From assembly GCF_030684315.1 (NCBI RefSeq), contig NW_026728203.1, forward strand, positions 124,001 through 188,000: a stretch of 64,000 nt of DNA. The letters run 5' to 3'. The position numbers and the translations under genes are program-made. The notes beneath the pieces were generated by a model. It did not search any database, had not been told where the DNA came from, and saw only the letters and a program-made list of their open reading frames with translations. The DNA comes from Stegostoma tigrinum (Eukaryota). Shown in pieces: positions 14,675-28,781 of the stretch (position 1 is the first letter of the stretch; every line of letters begins with the position of its first letter).

Positions 14675-15881
14675 CATCACTAGCCTTGTTCATTAAAACC
14701 AAGACCACCCTAGAACTGAGTTGCTCCCCGACAAGCTCTGTATTTATACTCCTGGGGGCCATCCCGCACTGACACAGAGAAGGGCAGAACTGATGATGAC
14801 TGGCAATTGAAAAAAGCTTTAACATTTTGTTTCTAAATTAAGGCGGTTGTGACAAACTGCACGAGGAAGTCAATGAAGAAGAGGTGTCAGTTTCTCAGCC
14901 TGTTGTGCTGGGATATGAGACAGAAAGGTGGCAAATTGGCTCTGGGTCATAGAAAACTGTGACAGGATCAGACGGGGCAAGGACAGGAAGGATGTTCCCA
15001 ATGATGGGGGAGTCCAGGATCAGGGTATCCTGATGTAAGAGGACTGGGTTGGACATTTAAGACTGAGAGGAATACAAACCCAAAATTTACAAAAGTTCCT
15101 GGGTGGACATTCAGAGGATTTTTAACGACAGAGGCCATTCAGCCCATCATGTCCGTATCGGCTTCCGAAAGAGCTACCCACCTAGTCCCCCTCTCCAGCC
15201 CTATACCCTCTATATTCGTCACTCCCAAGTATATATCCAGCTCTTGTTTTGAAGCCACCTATGGGATCTACCTCCGCCACTCTCCCAGGCATCAGATTCC
15301 AAATCCTAACAACCTTCTGAATAGAGAGGTTTGTCCTCATCTCAGAGCTCCCTTACTGACAAATTGTGACCCCTCACCACTGCCGTATCAACTGGTGAAA
15401 ACAGGATATCCTCCTTTACCCTGCCAGAATGTTCATTATTTTTGTCACTTCAACGGGGACACCTCTTAATCAACTATGCTTCAAGGAGATTTATCCCAAT
15501 TTCCTTCATCTTTCCTTGTATCTAAAATCCCTCATTCCTGGTGTCATTCTCGTAAATGCCCTTTGAACTCTGTCGAGGGCTTTAATGTCCTTCCTTAAAT
15601 ACCATGCCCAGAACTGAACACAGTACTGCAAATGTGGTCTAACCCATGATTTGTGGAGGTGTAACATCTATTCCTCGCTTTTATACTCTCCGCATCTATT
15701 TGAAAACACACATTTCACAAAAGCCTTCTTCATAGCAGGTTAGTCCCGCTCGGCCACTTTCAGATAATCACATACTTGAAACCCAAAGTCCCTCTGCTCC
15801 CGTACTCACCTCAGATTTGTAACATCGAGCCTGTTTTGTCTTTCTATGTTTCTCAACCAAAATGCATTAATCTTTTATGTT

Positions 15882-17043
15882 ATAGAACATAGAACATTAC
15901 AGCACAGTACAGGCCCTTCGGCCCTGGCGTTGTGCCGACCTGTCATACCGATCTGAAGCTCATCTAACCAACACTATTCCACGTACGTCCATATGCTTGT
16001 CCAATGACGACTTAAATGTACTTAAAGTTGGTGAATCTACGACCGTTGTAGGCAAAGCGTTCCATACCCTTACTATTCTCTGAGTAAAGTAACTACCTCT
16101 GACATCTGTCCTATATCTTTCACCCCTCAATTTAAAGCTATGGCCCCTCGTGCTCGCCGTTTCCGTCCTAGGGAAAAGGCTCTCCCTATCCAACCTGTCT
16201 AACCCTTTGATTATCTTATATGTCTCAATTAAGTCACCTCTCAACCTTCTTCTCTCTAACGAGAACAGCCTCAAGTCCCTCAGACTTTCCTCGTAAGACT
16301 TTCCCTCCATACAAGGCAACATCCTAGTAAACCTCCTCTGCACCCTTTCCAAAACTTCCACATCCTTCTTATAACGCGGTGACCAGAACCGTACGCAATG
16401 CTCCAAGTGCGGCCGCACCAGAGTTTTGTACAGCTGCAGCATAACCTCTTGGTTCCGGAACATGATCCCTGGATTCATAAAAGCTAAAACACTGTATGCC
16501 TTCTTAACAACCCTGTCAACCTGGGTGGCAACTTTCAAGGATCTGTGTACATGGTCACCGAGATCTCTCTGCTCATCTACACTACCAAGAATCTTACAGT
16601 ACTTTGCCTTCCGGTTCCTCCTACCAAAGTACAACACCTCACACTTGTCCGCATTAACCTCCGTTTGCCACCTCTCAGCCCAGCTCTGCAACTTATCTAC
16701 GTCTCTCTGTAACCTACAACATTCTTCGTCACTATCCACATCTCCACCGACCTTCGTGTCGTCTGCAAATTTACTAACCCATCCTTCTACGTTTATAAAA
16801 ATGACAAACAGCAGTGGACCCAGCACCGACCCTTGCGGTACACCGCGAGTAACCGGTCTCCAGGATGAACATTTCCCATCAACCACCACGCTGTCTTCTT
16901 TCAGCAAGCCAATTTCTGATCCAAACTGCTATATCTCCCACAATCCCATTCCTCCGTATTTTGTACAATAGCCTAATCGAAAGCCTTGCCGAAATCCATA
17001 TACACCACATCAACCGGTTTTCTCTCATCTACCTGTTTGGTCA
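15882..17043 (-). mobile_element. 5'-truncated CR1 LINE, insertion b
   Basis: ORF 15960-16907 has GVPQGSVLGPLLF and KFADDTK. Tandem tagaaca tail. Flanked by tatgtt (15876-15881 and 17044-17049). An empty site is visible near 31450. Confidence 0.93.
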
Positions 17044-19129
17044 TATGTTGCAATGGGAAAGTGATTGGCAACATCAATATCTTACCGAATAAATATCTAA
17101 CTGCTCATTCACATATTATCCTTTCCAAAAAGCAGCTGTTTTTTGCTTTATCATGGATGATTTACTTCTACTACTAGGAATGTAATCATATTCCCCACTC
17201 TCGGTCCTGGAATGGAATTGAAAAGAAGCAGGATCTCTCTATCTACCCTATCAAATCCATGAATCCACTTGTAAATTTCAAGCACAGACATCCCTTCCAC
17301 TTCTACACCGAGAGACTTGGGAAAACTATTATCATCGTAGCCAATTAACTTTCTGCCCAGGTTCATTCCAGAAATTCTGTGCATAAGCATCTTTGGATTG
17401 AACCTACTGGAACAGTGCACTCCAGATGGGGTTGAACTAGGACTTGACAATTTCACAAAAGAAGGCCCATCCTGAGGTATTGGACCCGGTCTGAGATCAG
17501 GCTCACCATGAGAGAATGTGGGGGCTTTCCTTCTTGAATTGCTGTTGCCTATTTGCTGTCGTCAGATCCATAATGTTCTGAGTGAGGGAATTCCAGGATT
17601 CTGATCCACCGACCCTGGAGCATGGCGGGTCACGTTTCCAACTCAGGATGGCATGTCGCTTGGTGGAGTAGTTAGAGCGGGTGGTGTTCCCCTGTATCAG
17701 ATGCCTTTCTCCCATGGCACGTAATTAGGGCTATGGAAAGTATTGTCTCAGGAGCGATGGTGGATTTCTGCAGCTTTTGGGAGGCAGTACACAGTGTACT
17801 CTGTGTGTGTCAGTGGTGCAAAGAATGAATCTCGTGGCTGGTGGGAGCGGGAGGCCATCACATTTCTGGAGTGGTGGACTGATCTTCTAATTCTGTGCAA
17901 CAACTCTCTGGAGTTCTAGAATTAAGAAACTGATGAGTAGCATTAAATTCAGTGTCAAAAATGCATCCTTACTTAGTCTGGCCTGCAAATGACACTGCAA
18001 CCACAGCAAAGCGTGACACTCTGACCTGGGTTTGGCGGGGGGGCAATCGGAAATGGATAAATAAATGGTGTCAGCTCAGAGACATCCTCATCCTTTTCAT
18101 AAAGGAATCTGTCACCCCTGAGCATCAGTAATTAGGCAGCCAGAGTGCTCTGCAGGTGTAGGTACATTCCAGTCAGTCAATCTACATCAGGAGAGCTTAT
18201 TTCCTTGCTAAGAATAGGAACTGCTGCTTTCTGCCAGTGGCATTTGGGTTCGAGCTTTAGTTGCTCCTGGTGTCATGAGCATTTGGCGTCCTTAGACTGC
18301 AGAGAAGTGATAGAAGTTCTACCACAGGGGCTCGAAGGTGGGGACTGCTTCATTACCTAATCAGGATCATTGTCTAGAAGCAGAGAGACTGATACACAAG
18401 AAAACAAACTTTGCCATTCTCCTACAAACAGCCACTGCCCTCACTCCTTCCACCACCGCAGCAAAAGAGAGAAACCAATTTCCCAGATCTGGACACAATT
18501 GCTTATCTAAATGCTAAAGATCAGTGCATCTGAAATGCTGGATGTTCTGCTATATATATATATATTCCTGTTCCAAAAAGAGTGAATGTATGCTCAAATC
18601 ATTAGATTTGAAGTGCGACAACAAAATTGCTGGAAAGCTTGGGTCCTGGGACTGAACAGTTTTCTCTCCACAGACGCTCCCCAAACCTGCTATTTCCTGC
18701 CCCTGCTTATTTACAAAAGAGACCTAAACATTTGCAAGGGCAGTGTCTAACATTGAGACAGGGGGCTGGTTTCACTGAAAATATTGACCAGAAGCTGGTT
18801 TGGAATAAAGAAGTCAATACAACACTGCTTACTAGCCAAAAAACCCAAACTGAACACTTGTGGAATTTCCACTGCGAGGATTGCCCACCTAATTCCTACA
18901 AACAAGAGAAAAGGAGCAAACCAGTGGGGCAGGCATTGAATCAAAGGTTAATCAGAACAGAAAAACACTTCATGATCAGGTGTCAAACAGCAATACCAAG
19001 AGCCAGAAGCAGCTGTGAAATTATGCAAAGTACTCAGTTGCATGGTGAACACTATTTTAATTTGCTCAGAGCACAACCAAGTTACTAGCATTATGTCACC
19101 ATGTACAACATACACATTATTGACCCCAT

Positions 19130-21422
19130 TCAGCTGAGTGTGAGCCTGTCAAACAGGTACTCTCCCGTGCCATTGTCAGGGGCTCCCAGTCTCTTCAGGT
19201 TGGTGATGTGATCTCCCAGCTTCTTGATCATCTTCACTTGCTCATCCAAGTATTGCCTCTCCAGGAAGTCAAACAGCTGGAAGAGAAAATTAATCCAGAG
19301 GATCAAAAGTGTCTGAAAGTGACCCCCATGACAGATGTGACCATCACAACCAGGTGGAGGTCCACTGAGGTGATGCATTTGTAAGTTTGTTTTAACAGCC
19401 TGCAGGAGGCTGCGAGAAGGTAATTGGATTTTTACCCAGAGAGTGCACAAACACACCACTTTCTTCCAAGAAGAAAGTTTACAAACTCACATGAGGGTCA
19501 GTGTGGCCAGAGGCGAGTTTGTGCAGATCCAGCAGACTCTGGTTCACATCCTTCTCCATCCGCAGAGCTCTCTGCATTGCCTCCAGACCACTGCCCCACT
19601 CATCCTGCTCTGGCTTCTGGAGGGAGGGAAGCAGGAACAGAAAGCACAGTTCAGCAGGCAGTTGTATCATTAGTCTACATCTGATCAGTTAGTTATCCCT
19701 CATCATTGTAGGGGAGGTACTGCAAACCAACTTGAATTTGAAGACAACAACTAGATTTTGTACTGAGGGAATAACAAATTTTCTAAACACATTCTACTGT
19801 TAATGTAGATTCTCAGAATTCACATGTAGAGAATAGGTACCAATGGAAGTAATTCCTGGCTTCACTATTGTGGTGTTAGAAACATCTTCCAGATTCAGAA
19901 AGGCTGGACACTGCTACTTTCCACAGTGCAACAATTTCCTGTCTTAGCTTTTGTTACCTCATTCTGTCTGAAGGAGAGTCATTCACATTGATGTCTACTC
20001 ACTATTCTGGTTCCTCTCAATTGCCCTCATAAGTGCAGAGTATTTCCTTTCACCTAAAGGAATCCTATTTTGGTGAACACCCTCCCCTTCACAGTATTTG
20101 TTCAAGGCTAAAGCTAAATAGATGGAGATACTAGTCGATTGTAGCTGCTCACAAAAAGCTGCAAACAGAAGGCTTCAGAATCTAACCTTGATGTCCTGCA
20201 GGATGACTCGACCTCCACGTTTATTCTGGAATGCCATCAGTTTCTCAGCGTGTTCCCGTTCCTCATGGGACTGCTCCTTGAAGAACTCAGCAAAGTGATG
20301 CAGGGCAACATCATCCCGGTCAAAGTAAGAGAACTGTGGGGAGAGAGAGGCTAAAAGGAAACTGTCTGAAATTCATGAATGACACTCCTCACTCTGGAAC
20401 TAACCTGGGCACCATCTTGATTCCACATTTAAGTGGTTAAAAAAAAAACACAGACAAAGCAGCAAGTCACCTTCCATGGATGATGAAGGGGAGAGCTGTC
20501 TATAGCCATTAGACATCCCTGCTCTGCAGGTTAGAAACACTATTGTTCAGGAGGTGGAGACCAGTTCGGCCCCTGTCCAACTGAATGAAGGGACATGTGT
20601 TCATTAACACAACCAGAAAGCTCAGTCAGCAGTCTCATTATCACTATCACCCACCTGAATAACCGCAGTGCCCTCCCACCCACTCCACAGAATTTTAACT
20701 GCTTTGTTAGAGAGAAAGAAAAAAAAAACACATACATAGTCTGAAAGTGTGCCCCTTTCCTCACATTGCATAGCTCAAAGCCACTTCTGAGAAAGGGTCA
20801 ATGGACCCAGAGCTTGGATTTCTTCCAGCTCTGTAGAGCTTTTCTAGCTATTTTTGTTAGTGTTTAATGTCTAGCAGCAGCTGTTCTTTGAGTTCAGGGA
20901 ACTTTACATCTTGAGCACAAGACAGTCCGGTGAATAGGGCGAGGTTTTAAAAAAGGAGTATATTTGTGTCAGGAAAAGTTTCCACCAGGGAAGGCTTTTG
21001 TTGAGAAAAGGAATACAACCAAAGTTTTACAAAAATTAATTATTGACCAAGACCAGATCATCCCTCCAGAGTTAGATGAAAAATCACCAAGGGTTACATT
21101 GTCCAGAGACAGCAAGCTGGGCGTCCACATCCAGGAGCCAGTTGGACCTGAAGACAATGTTCAAAACTTGACCAGAGAGTCAGTGTTAAGACCTGCACTA
21201 GATTGCAACAGGGGAAGGGCCACAGAAAATAATACATGTTACAGCTAATTCATTAACCCAGCGTAAAAACCAAACAGGTCAACACTATCATAGCACAAGC
21301 TTCAATTCCACAAAGCTCACCATGGAGAGGTAAACATAGGAGGAATAGAGCTCCAGGTTGATCTGCTTGTTAACAGCATCCTCACAGTCCTTGTGGTAGT
21401 TCTGACACACTTGGGAAACCAT
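19130..21422 (-). CDS. Ferritin heavy/middle-type subunit, copy C, intact ORF of 173 aa. Exons 21422-21321, 20333-20187, 19616-19491, 19276-19130
   Basis: Canonical exon lengths, GT-AG sites and no stops. TATAAATG at 21492-21499. Exon 4 begins [10 protein letters not shown], where other copies read [10 protein letters not shown]. Confidence 0.92.
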
Positions 21423-24400
21423 CTTCACTATTCCTGCTCACAAGCACCAAGAAAACTCTAGAACTAAGTCTCTCTCTCCCACAGGCTCTTGCATTTATAG
21501 TCCTGGGACCATCCTGCAGTCACACAGAGAGAGGCAGAACTGATGATGACTGACAGTTGCTGCTAGCCAATCAGGAACCACCCCTGCATACAGGCACCAA
21601 TGAGAGAGAGGGGGAGGGTGTGTTAAGCAGAGCTGATCAGAGGTGGAGATGAGAGCCAGGTCTGGATGGTTATTCTGTGATTGGAACAGCAGGAGGCCAT
21701 TCGGCATCTCAAACCTTCTGTACCACTCAATCAGGTCATAGGTCATTTGGTTCTTTTCTAAAAGAAGTCAATTTGGTTTCAAAAAAGTTTTCACATTTTT
21801 TAAAAATTAAGGTGGTTGTGAGCAACTGCACGAGGGATTCAGTGAGGAAGAGGGGCATCAGTTTCTCAGCTTGTTGTGCTGGGATTTGGGAAAGAAGGGT
21901 GGGAAATTGTCTCTGGGTCATAGAAAATTGTAACAGTGTCAGCTGTGGAAAAGACAGGAAGGATGTTCCTGATTATGGGGGAGGCCAGGACCAGGGTTTG
22001 CAGTCTAAGGATACGTTCAGGACTGAGGTGAGGAGAAATCTCTTCACCTCGGGGGGCGGGGTGGTGGAACCTGTGGAATTCTCTGCCACAGAAAAGGATT
22101 GAAGCCAAAACAGGAATTGGGGAGAGCTTTGAGGGCTGGATCAAAAGGGAATGCAGAGAGGGTGAGAATATGGTGCCGAGTTATGGAATCAGCCACAATC
22201 ACATGGAATGGCAGAGCAGGCTGGAAGGTATGAATGGCCGACTCAACATTTATTTTCTATGATTCTATGTTTGTGCAACCAGCGCAGCTAGGGTCTTGTG
22301 GTTTAGGGGTAATGTCCCTAGCTTTGGACCAAGAGGCCTTGGTACAAGTTCCTACCAGATCCAGAGATCTTAAATCATCTCTACAGGCAGATTTAGAAAA
22401 CAACCAGAACAGGTACAGGCACAAAGGACCGAATGGCCTCCTGCTGTGCCATAACAATTCTCCGATTCTGTGGTGGGTCTGTACCTGAGCAGGATCTCCC
22501 TGCCTCCAGCTCCTGCCTGTGGATTGTCACCTCGCAGTGATGGAGAGCCTCGAGTGTTCTGTTGGTTCTCAGAGTGATAAGTGAAGAGGATTTCACCTCC
22601 TGGCAGGGCCACCCTGGACGGTACGATCGAGGGGAGGGTCCTGATAAGGTGCAATGCAAAACCAGTTCCCAGCGGCCATCCAGGTGGAAGATAGGTGTGT
22701 GCGATCGTTGGCTGTGACAGTGGGTGTTGGTCAGCAGTGGGGGGATCCCCAGTCAACATTTCTTAACCTGTGGAACTGGGTCTACCTTGTGTAAAGGAGC
22801 ATGTCTCTGCTGGCGTGTAACAGCTTTCCCACATTAAAGGTGCCTTCTACAGGTGGAATTCAAACCCCGTCCCCAAACTCTCAGAATTTCCTGGGTGGAA
22901 ATTCAGAGCGTTCTTCACAACAGGAGGCCGTTCAGCCCACCGTTCCTGTATTAGCTTCTGAAAGAGCTACCTGATTAGTCCCACTTTCCAGCCCTATCTC
23001 TGTCCCTCTCTAAATTCGTCACTTCCAAGGACATATCCAACTCTTGTTTTGAAACCTCCCATGGAATCCACCTCCGTCACTCTCCCAGGCAGCGCATTCC
23101 AAATCCGAACAACTTTGAGCAAAGAGGTTTCTTCCCATTTCACTCTGATCTCCCCTACTGACAAACTGTGACTTCTCGTCACTGACAAGTCAACTGCTGA
23201 AATCAGAATATCCTGTTTACTCTATCAAAATTGTTCATAGTTTTGATCACGTCAACAAGGTCACCTCTCAATAAGGTCCACTGCAAGGAGATTTACCCCA
23301 TTTTCCTTCATCTTTCCGTGTATCTAAAATTCCTCACTCCTGGGGTCATTCTAATAAATCTCCTTTGAACTCTTTTGAGGTTTTTCACATCCTTCCTTGA
23401 ATGCCACGCCCAGAACTGAGTACATAATGGAAATGTGGTCTAACCAATGATTTGTAGAGGTGTAACATCAATTCGTTGCTTTTATACTCGATGCCTCAAT
23501 TTGAAAACACAAGGTTCACATAAGTGGCTAAATCTCCATTAATAACAGTTTCATCCTGCCTGATCACTTTCATATAATCACACACTTGAAACCGAAAGTC
23601 TCTGAGCTCCTGTACTCACATCAGATTTGTAACATCGAGCCTGTTTTGTCTTTCTGTGTTTCTTCTACGAAAATGCATTACTCACTTTTTTTATGTCTTG
23701 AAATTGGAAAGTGATTGGCAACATCAAACCTTGTGCAGTAAATATCTGTGCGTGCAGATATTGTCCTTTCCACAAAGTAACTGTTTTTGACATGGTCCTG
23801 GATGATGTAGTTCTCATGTGAAGATTGTCATCCCATTCTACGCACAGTCCGAGATGATCATTGAGAAGAAATGGGTTCTTTCCTCTCTACCCTGTCAAAT
23901 CCATTAATCCTCCGAAAAATATCAATTACAGCCATCCTTTAACCTTCTACACAGAGGGACTGGACAAGCCGTTATCATGAATTAACCATCACTCTGTCCA
24001 GGTTACTTCCAGAAATTCCGTGCATAACCATCTTTGGGTCGAACCTGCCAGAACTGTGCACTCCGGCTGTGGTTGAACAGGAACTTGACCATTTCACCAA
24101 AACCTCTCCATCCAGAGGTATTTGAACCCCTCAGAGATCTGGGCCAACATTAGTTTCGAGAATGTGGTGATTTGCCTTCCTGCATTACTGTAGCCCATTT
24201 GGTGTAGGCAAATCGATACTGCTGTTAGGGAGGGAACGTGGAGTTGTGATTCCAACGCCGGGTGATCGGTGTAGAATGTGGAGATGCGTGGTGTTCCTAC
24301 ATATCTGCAGCCCTTGTCCGATGGAAAGTAGTTATGGTTTCAAGAAGTTGTCTAAGGAGCTTTGGTAGATGGTATATATTGCAGTCTCTGCGTATGTCAG

Positions 24401-27134
24401 TGGTGGAAGGATTGACGAGAGTGGCTACTCGTTTGATGGAGGCTGTCAACATTCTGGAGTGTTAGACTGCTACCTGTTATCCTGAGTCTGTCTGACATCA
24501 CTGAATTTCACGGACATCATTCTCATTCCAGAAGACAGGGTCCAAACAAGCCTCTTCTGGTTCACTAATGTCCTTGTTTGTAATAAACTGCCATCCTTAC
24601 CTGATCTGGCCTATGTGTAACCCCACAGCAAAGGGTTTTAATTTGAATCACTCATGGGCTGGCTGGGTAATCAGAGATGGATAATAAATGCTGCCTGTCA
24701 GTGATATCCTGATCCTGTTAAAGCACTTACACAAACCCGTCACATTGTAATTCAGGGCTGATTGATAGTGATTAGGCCCCCACAGTGCTCTGTGTGGAGT
24801 CACAGGTCAGCCAGTCGACAGCAGGAGAGCTGATCTGCTTGAAAATTGAACACAAAGGTAAAAATTGGAACTGCCAATTTCTGCACGTGGTATTTGCATT
24901 TTAGCTTGATTTTCCACCAGGCATCTGCAGTATTTGTCACCTCTTTGCAAGGTCGTAATAGAAATTATCACACAGGGAACAAGGTGGGCACTGCTTCATT
25001 CCCAAGGCACTTCCTAGTCATTAGCATTCTAAGACAAGGTAGATTTTTCTTTCTCCTACATCTAAGAAGGAAATACCGAAGAAACTAATTCAACAGCTCG
25101 AGGAACAGTGACATAAGCAATTGCTTATCAAAAGGGTAAAACCTGCAGCAAAGCAGTGTATATTACTCTTTAAAAGGAGGAATTGTACAATCTACTAAAG
25201 TCAGTAACATCTAGGCCTTATAACAAGTTGCTGGAAAACACCTCACTGTCAGTCAACACAAAAACAAAATCAAATGAAGAGATGATCACGTGTCTCATGT
25301 CCAGGTTCTGTTCAACCCGTCTCCCTCCCAATGCTGCCAAACCTGAGATTTCCCAGCAGGTTTTGATCCTGGTTTCTAGAAACTGCTTATTTTAAAAGAG
25401 ACCCAAACACATGGCCAAGGGCAGTGCATTAGATCAGTGCCTAACCTTTAGGCAAAGGAATGATTTCAGTGTGTGTATTGATTAGAAGCTGGTCCTGCAA
25501 ACTTGTCCCTGTGAGTACATGTCAGTAATGCTGATTTATCTGTCAACAACCTTACCAGTTATGGAATTTCCAATCAAAGGACTACCCACTGAATCCCCAG
25601 ACACAGCAGAATCAAACACTGATCAAGTTACTGGGGCAGGCATTGAATCCAAGGTTGTCACAAAGAACAAAGGATTGATGATCAGACGTTAAAACACAAA
25701 GCTCCAAGAACCAGAAGCTATGAAAATACAACACTGTACTCAGTTCCATGGTGAACATGATTTTAATTTGCTCAGAGCACAACTAGTCATTGAGAAGAAT
25801 TAAGTCACCATGTACAACAGATATAGATATTGACCCCACTCAGCTGAGTGAGAGCCTGTCAAACAGGTACTCTCCCATGCCATTGGCAGTGGCTCCCAGT
25901 CTCTTCAGGTTGGTGGTGTGATCTCCCAGCTTCTTGATCATCTTCACTTGCTCATCCAAGTAGTGCCTCTCCAGGAAGTCACACAGCTGGAAAGCAAAGA
26001 GGAGAACTGGTTAAATCTGACCAAATGCAGCTTGGGAGACCGAACAGTGAAGTGATGTCATGGAGATTGCCAAATACACGCAAGAAAGTGCTCAGTTTTA
26101 GAAACAGGAGGATCTTGGTATAACCCAAGAAAACCCTCCACAATGTCAAGTGAGATCTTGTGGCTAACAAAAAGGACCAAGTGTCTGATCCCTGGTTTTA
26201 GACAAAATCCCAGATTTAAATACACCACACTCACATGAGGGTCCGTGTGGCCAGAGGCCAGTTTGTGCAGATCCAGCAGACTCTGGTTCACATCCTTCTC
26301 CATCTGCAGAGCTCTCTGCATTACCTCCAGACCATTGCCCCACTCATCCTGCTCTGGCTTCTGGAGGGAGGGAAGCAGGAACAGAAAGCACAGCTCAGCA
26401 GGCAGTTGTATCATTAGTCTACATCTGATCAGTTAGTCATCCCTCATCATTGTAGGGGAGGTACTACAGGCCAACTTGACCTTGGTAAAACACATGCTGT
26501 ATTTGGTACTGTTCTTGAAGGGGGACATTTCTAAATAAATCCTGCTATGCTGTGATCAGAATGATCTCAAGGCATCAGAAACATCCTCGAAGTATAAAGG
26601 CTTCATACTGATGCTTTCCACACCTGAAAGATTTCTGTTTTCCCTTTTGACACCTCATCTTGTCCAAAGCAACGGTAGACACCGATATGTGCTCACCATC
26701 CAGAATAAAGGATGATCACAATTGCCAACTGTTGTTCAATCACAAGTGCAAAAGTGTTTCCTTTTAGTGAAGGGAATCATATTGTGCTGAGCAACCTCCC
26801 ATTCATACAGTATTTGTCTAATCCTGAACCTGATCATATTGAGATATCAGTCCATTGTATTGAGCTGAAAAAATTGAATCCAACCTTGATGTCCTGCAGA
26901 AGGACACGACCTCCACGTTTATTCTGGAATATGATCAGCTTCTCAGCATGTTCTCGCTCCTCATGGGACTGCTCCTTGAAGAACTCAGCAAAGTGACGCA
27001 GGGCAACATCATCCCGGTCAAAGTAAGAGAACTGTGGGGAAAGAAACAGGCAGGAAAGGGAAATGTATCTGAAATTCAATGGCACTCCTCAATCAGAAAC
27101 TAACCCAGTCACCATCTTGATTCCACATTTAATG

Positions 27135-27785
27135 ACAAAAGAGCTGTAGCACAGGAGCAGGCTTTGACCCTCCAACACTGCACCGAGCGACATCTGGTCT
27201 CAAATCGGTCATCTATTTTCAAAGGGGCTGTATCCCTTTGCTCCCTGCCCATCCATGTACCTGTCCAGATAGATCTTAAGACACTAGTGTGACTGCGTCT
27301 ACCACCTCCACAGGCAGTGTGTGCCAGGCACCCTCCAACCTGTGTAAAGAGCTTTCCAAACATATCCACATGATAAATTGCCTGTAGCATTCAGTGGTAT
27401 GGGGGTTATAGGGGAAATGGGTCTGGGTGGGATGCTTCAAGGGCCAGTGTGCACTGAGCTAAAGGGCCTGTTTCCACACTGAAAGGAATCTCACCCAATC
27501 TTCCCTGCTCTTACTTTGAGCTCATGACCCCTAGTAATTGAGTTCCCCACTCAAGGAAAAAGCTTCTTGCTATCCACCTTGTCTACACCCCTCATGAATT
27601 TGAGGAGCTCAATCAGGACCCCACCCCCAAATCTGCCACCTTCTCATGAAAATAATGCTCATCTACTCAACCTTTCTTCGTAGCTCACACCCTCCATACC
27701 AGGCAACATCCTGGTGAACCTCCTCTGCACCCCCTTCCAAAGCATTCACATCCTTTTGTTAGTATGGCAACCAGAACTGGACATT
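27135..27785 (-). mobile_element. CR1 3' fragment in intron 1 with a nested, oppositely oriented SINE fragment (paralogues near 41590-42250 and 56055-56575)
   Basis: ccataccaggcaacatcctggtgaacctcctctgcacc is the reverse complement of CR1 VQRRFTRMLPGM. The 3'-end motif acaggagcaggc is near 27150. Confidence 0.75.
27368..27497 (+). mobile_element. 5'-truncated HE1/V-SINE-like fragment nested in the CR1 relic (paralogues near 41827-41955 and 56290-56410)
   Basis: taaattgcc…ggggaatgggtctgggtggg…aagggcctgtttccacactg…aatct resembles the 3' half of the shark HE1 SINE, from memory. Confidence 0.55.
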
Positions 27786-28781
27786 TAATTACTGGAACAT
27801 GATAGACAGGCAGAAGGTCTTCTCCCATGGATTATAGAAGAAAGAGAGGACACACAACCAGCCGATCAAGGACGCAGCACTGAATGAAAGAGCACGTGGA
27901 TGGACAGAGCCATGAATCATGGTGAACGCCAGCATTACAAACATCACCCACCTGAATAACCCCACTCTGTCCTACCATCAACTCAGCACTGAGTTCTAAC
28001 TGGTTTCTTTTTCTGTAATTCAGATTTGGAGTATGAAAACATGCCACACTTGTCTTTCCTCCTACTGAATAGGTAGAGGACTTTTGGGGAAGAGTCACTG
28101 GACCCAAAACATGAACTGATTTCTCTAAATCCTGCCAGATCTGTAAAGCTATTCCAGCTATTTTTGTTGCTGTTTCTAATTTCCAGCAGTTGCTTTTCTT
28201 TTAGAAGAGAACTATTTCAGACCAGAGCAGCCTGGTGAATGGGGCAAAGTTTTAAGAGTGCAAGTACATTTTGCATAGAAATATTCACCAGGGAAATCTT
28301 CTCTTTAAAAGAAAATTGTAACCAAATTTAAGGAAAATATAGGTTTATCAGCAACATCAGCTCATCCCTTCAGAGGAAGGAGAAAAGTCACTAAGGAGTA
28401 CATTGTCCAGAGATAACAAAGTGGCCATTGTCACCCAGGAGTCAGTTGCAATACAAGACAAACTTCAAGTTTCCAACAGAGTCAGTGTGAACCATTTCAC
28501 TGGGATTCAGTCAGGGAAGGGCCACAGACCAAAACACATGCTACAACTAAATCATGAAACTAGGCAAGAAAATAAACCTAAGAGAGTCAATGCAAATATA
28601 TCACAGGCTTCAATTTGAGGTCAGGTCTTCAATGTCAGAAGGCTCACCATGGAGAGGTAAACATAAGAGGAAGGGAGCTCCAGGTTGATCTGATTGTTAA
28701 CAGCATCTTCACAGTCCTTGTTAATAAAATGTGAGGCTGGATGAACACAGCAGGCCAAGCAGCATCTCAGGAGCACAAAAG

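Noticed and set aside
16426-16971. 181-aa plus-strand ORF (also 57145-57690 and 9965-10267)
   Set aside because: These are antisense shadows of CR1 ORF2.
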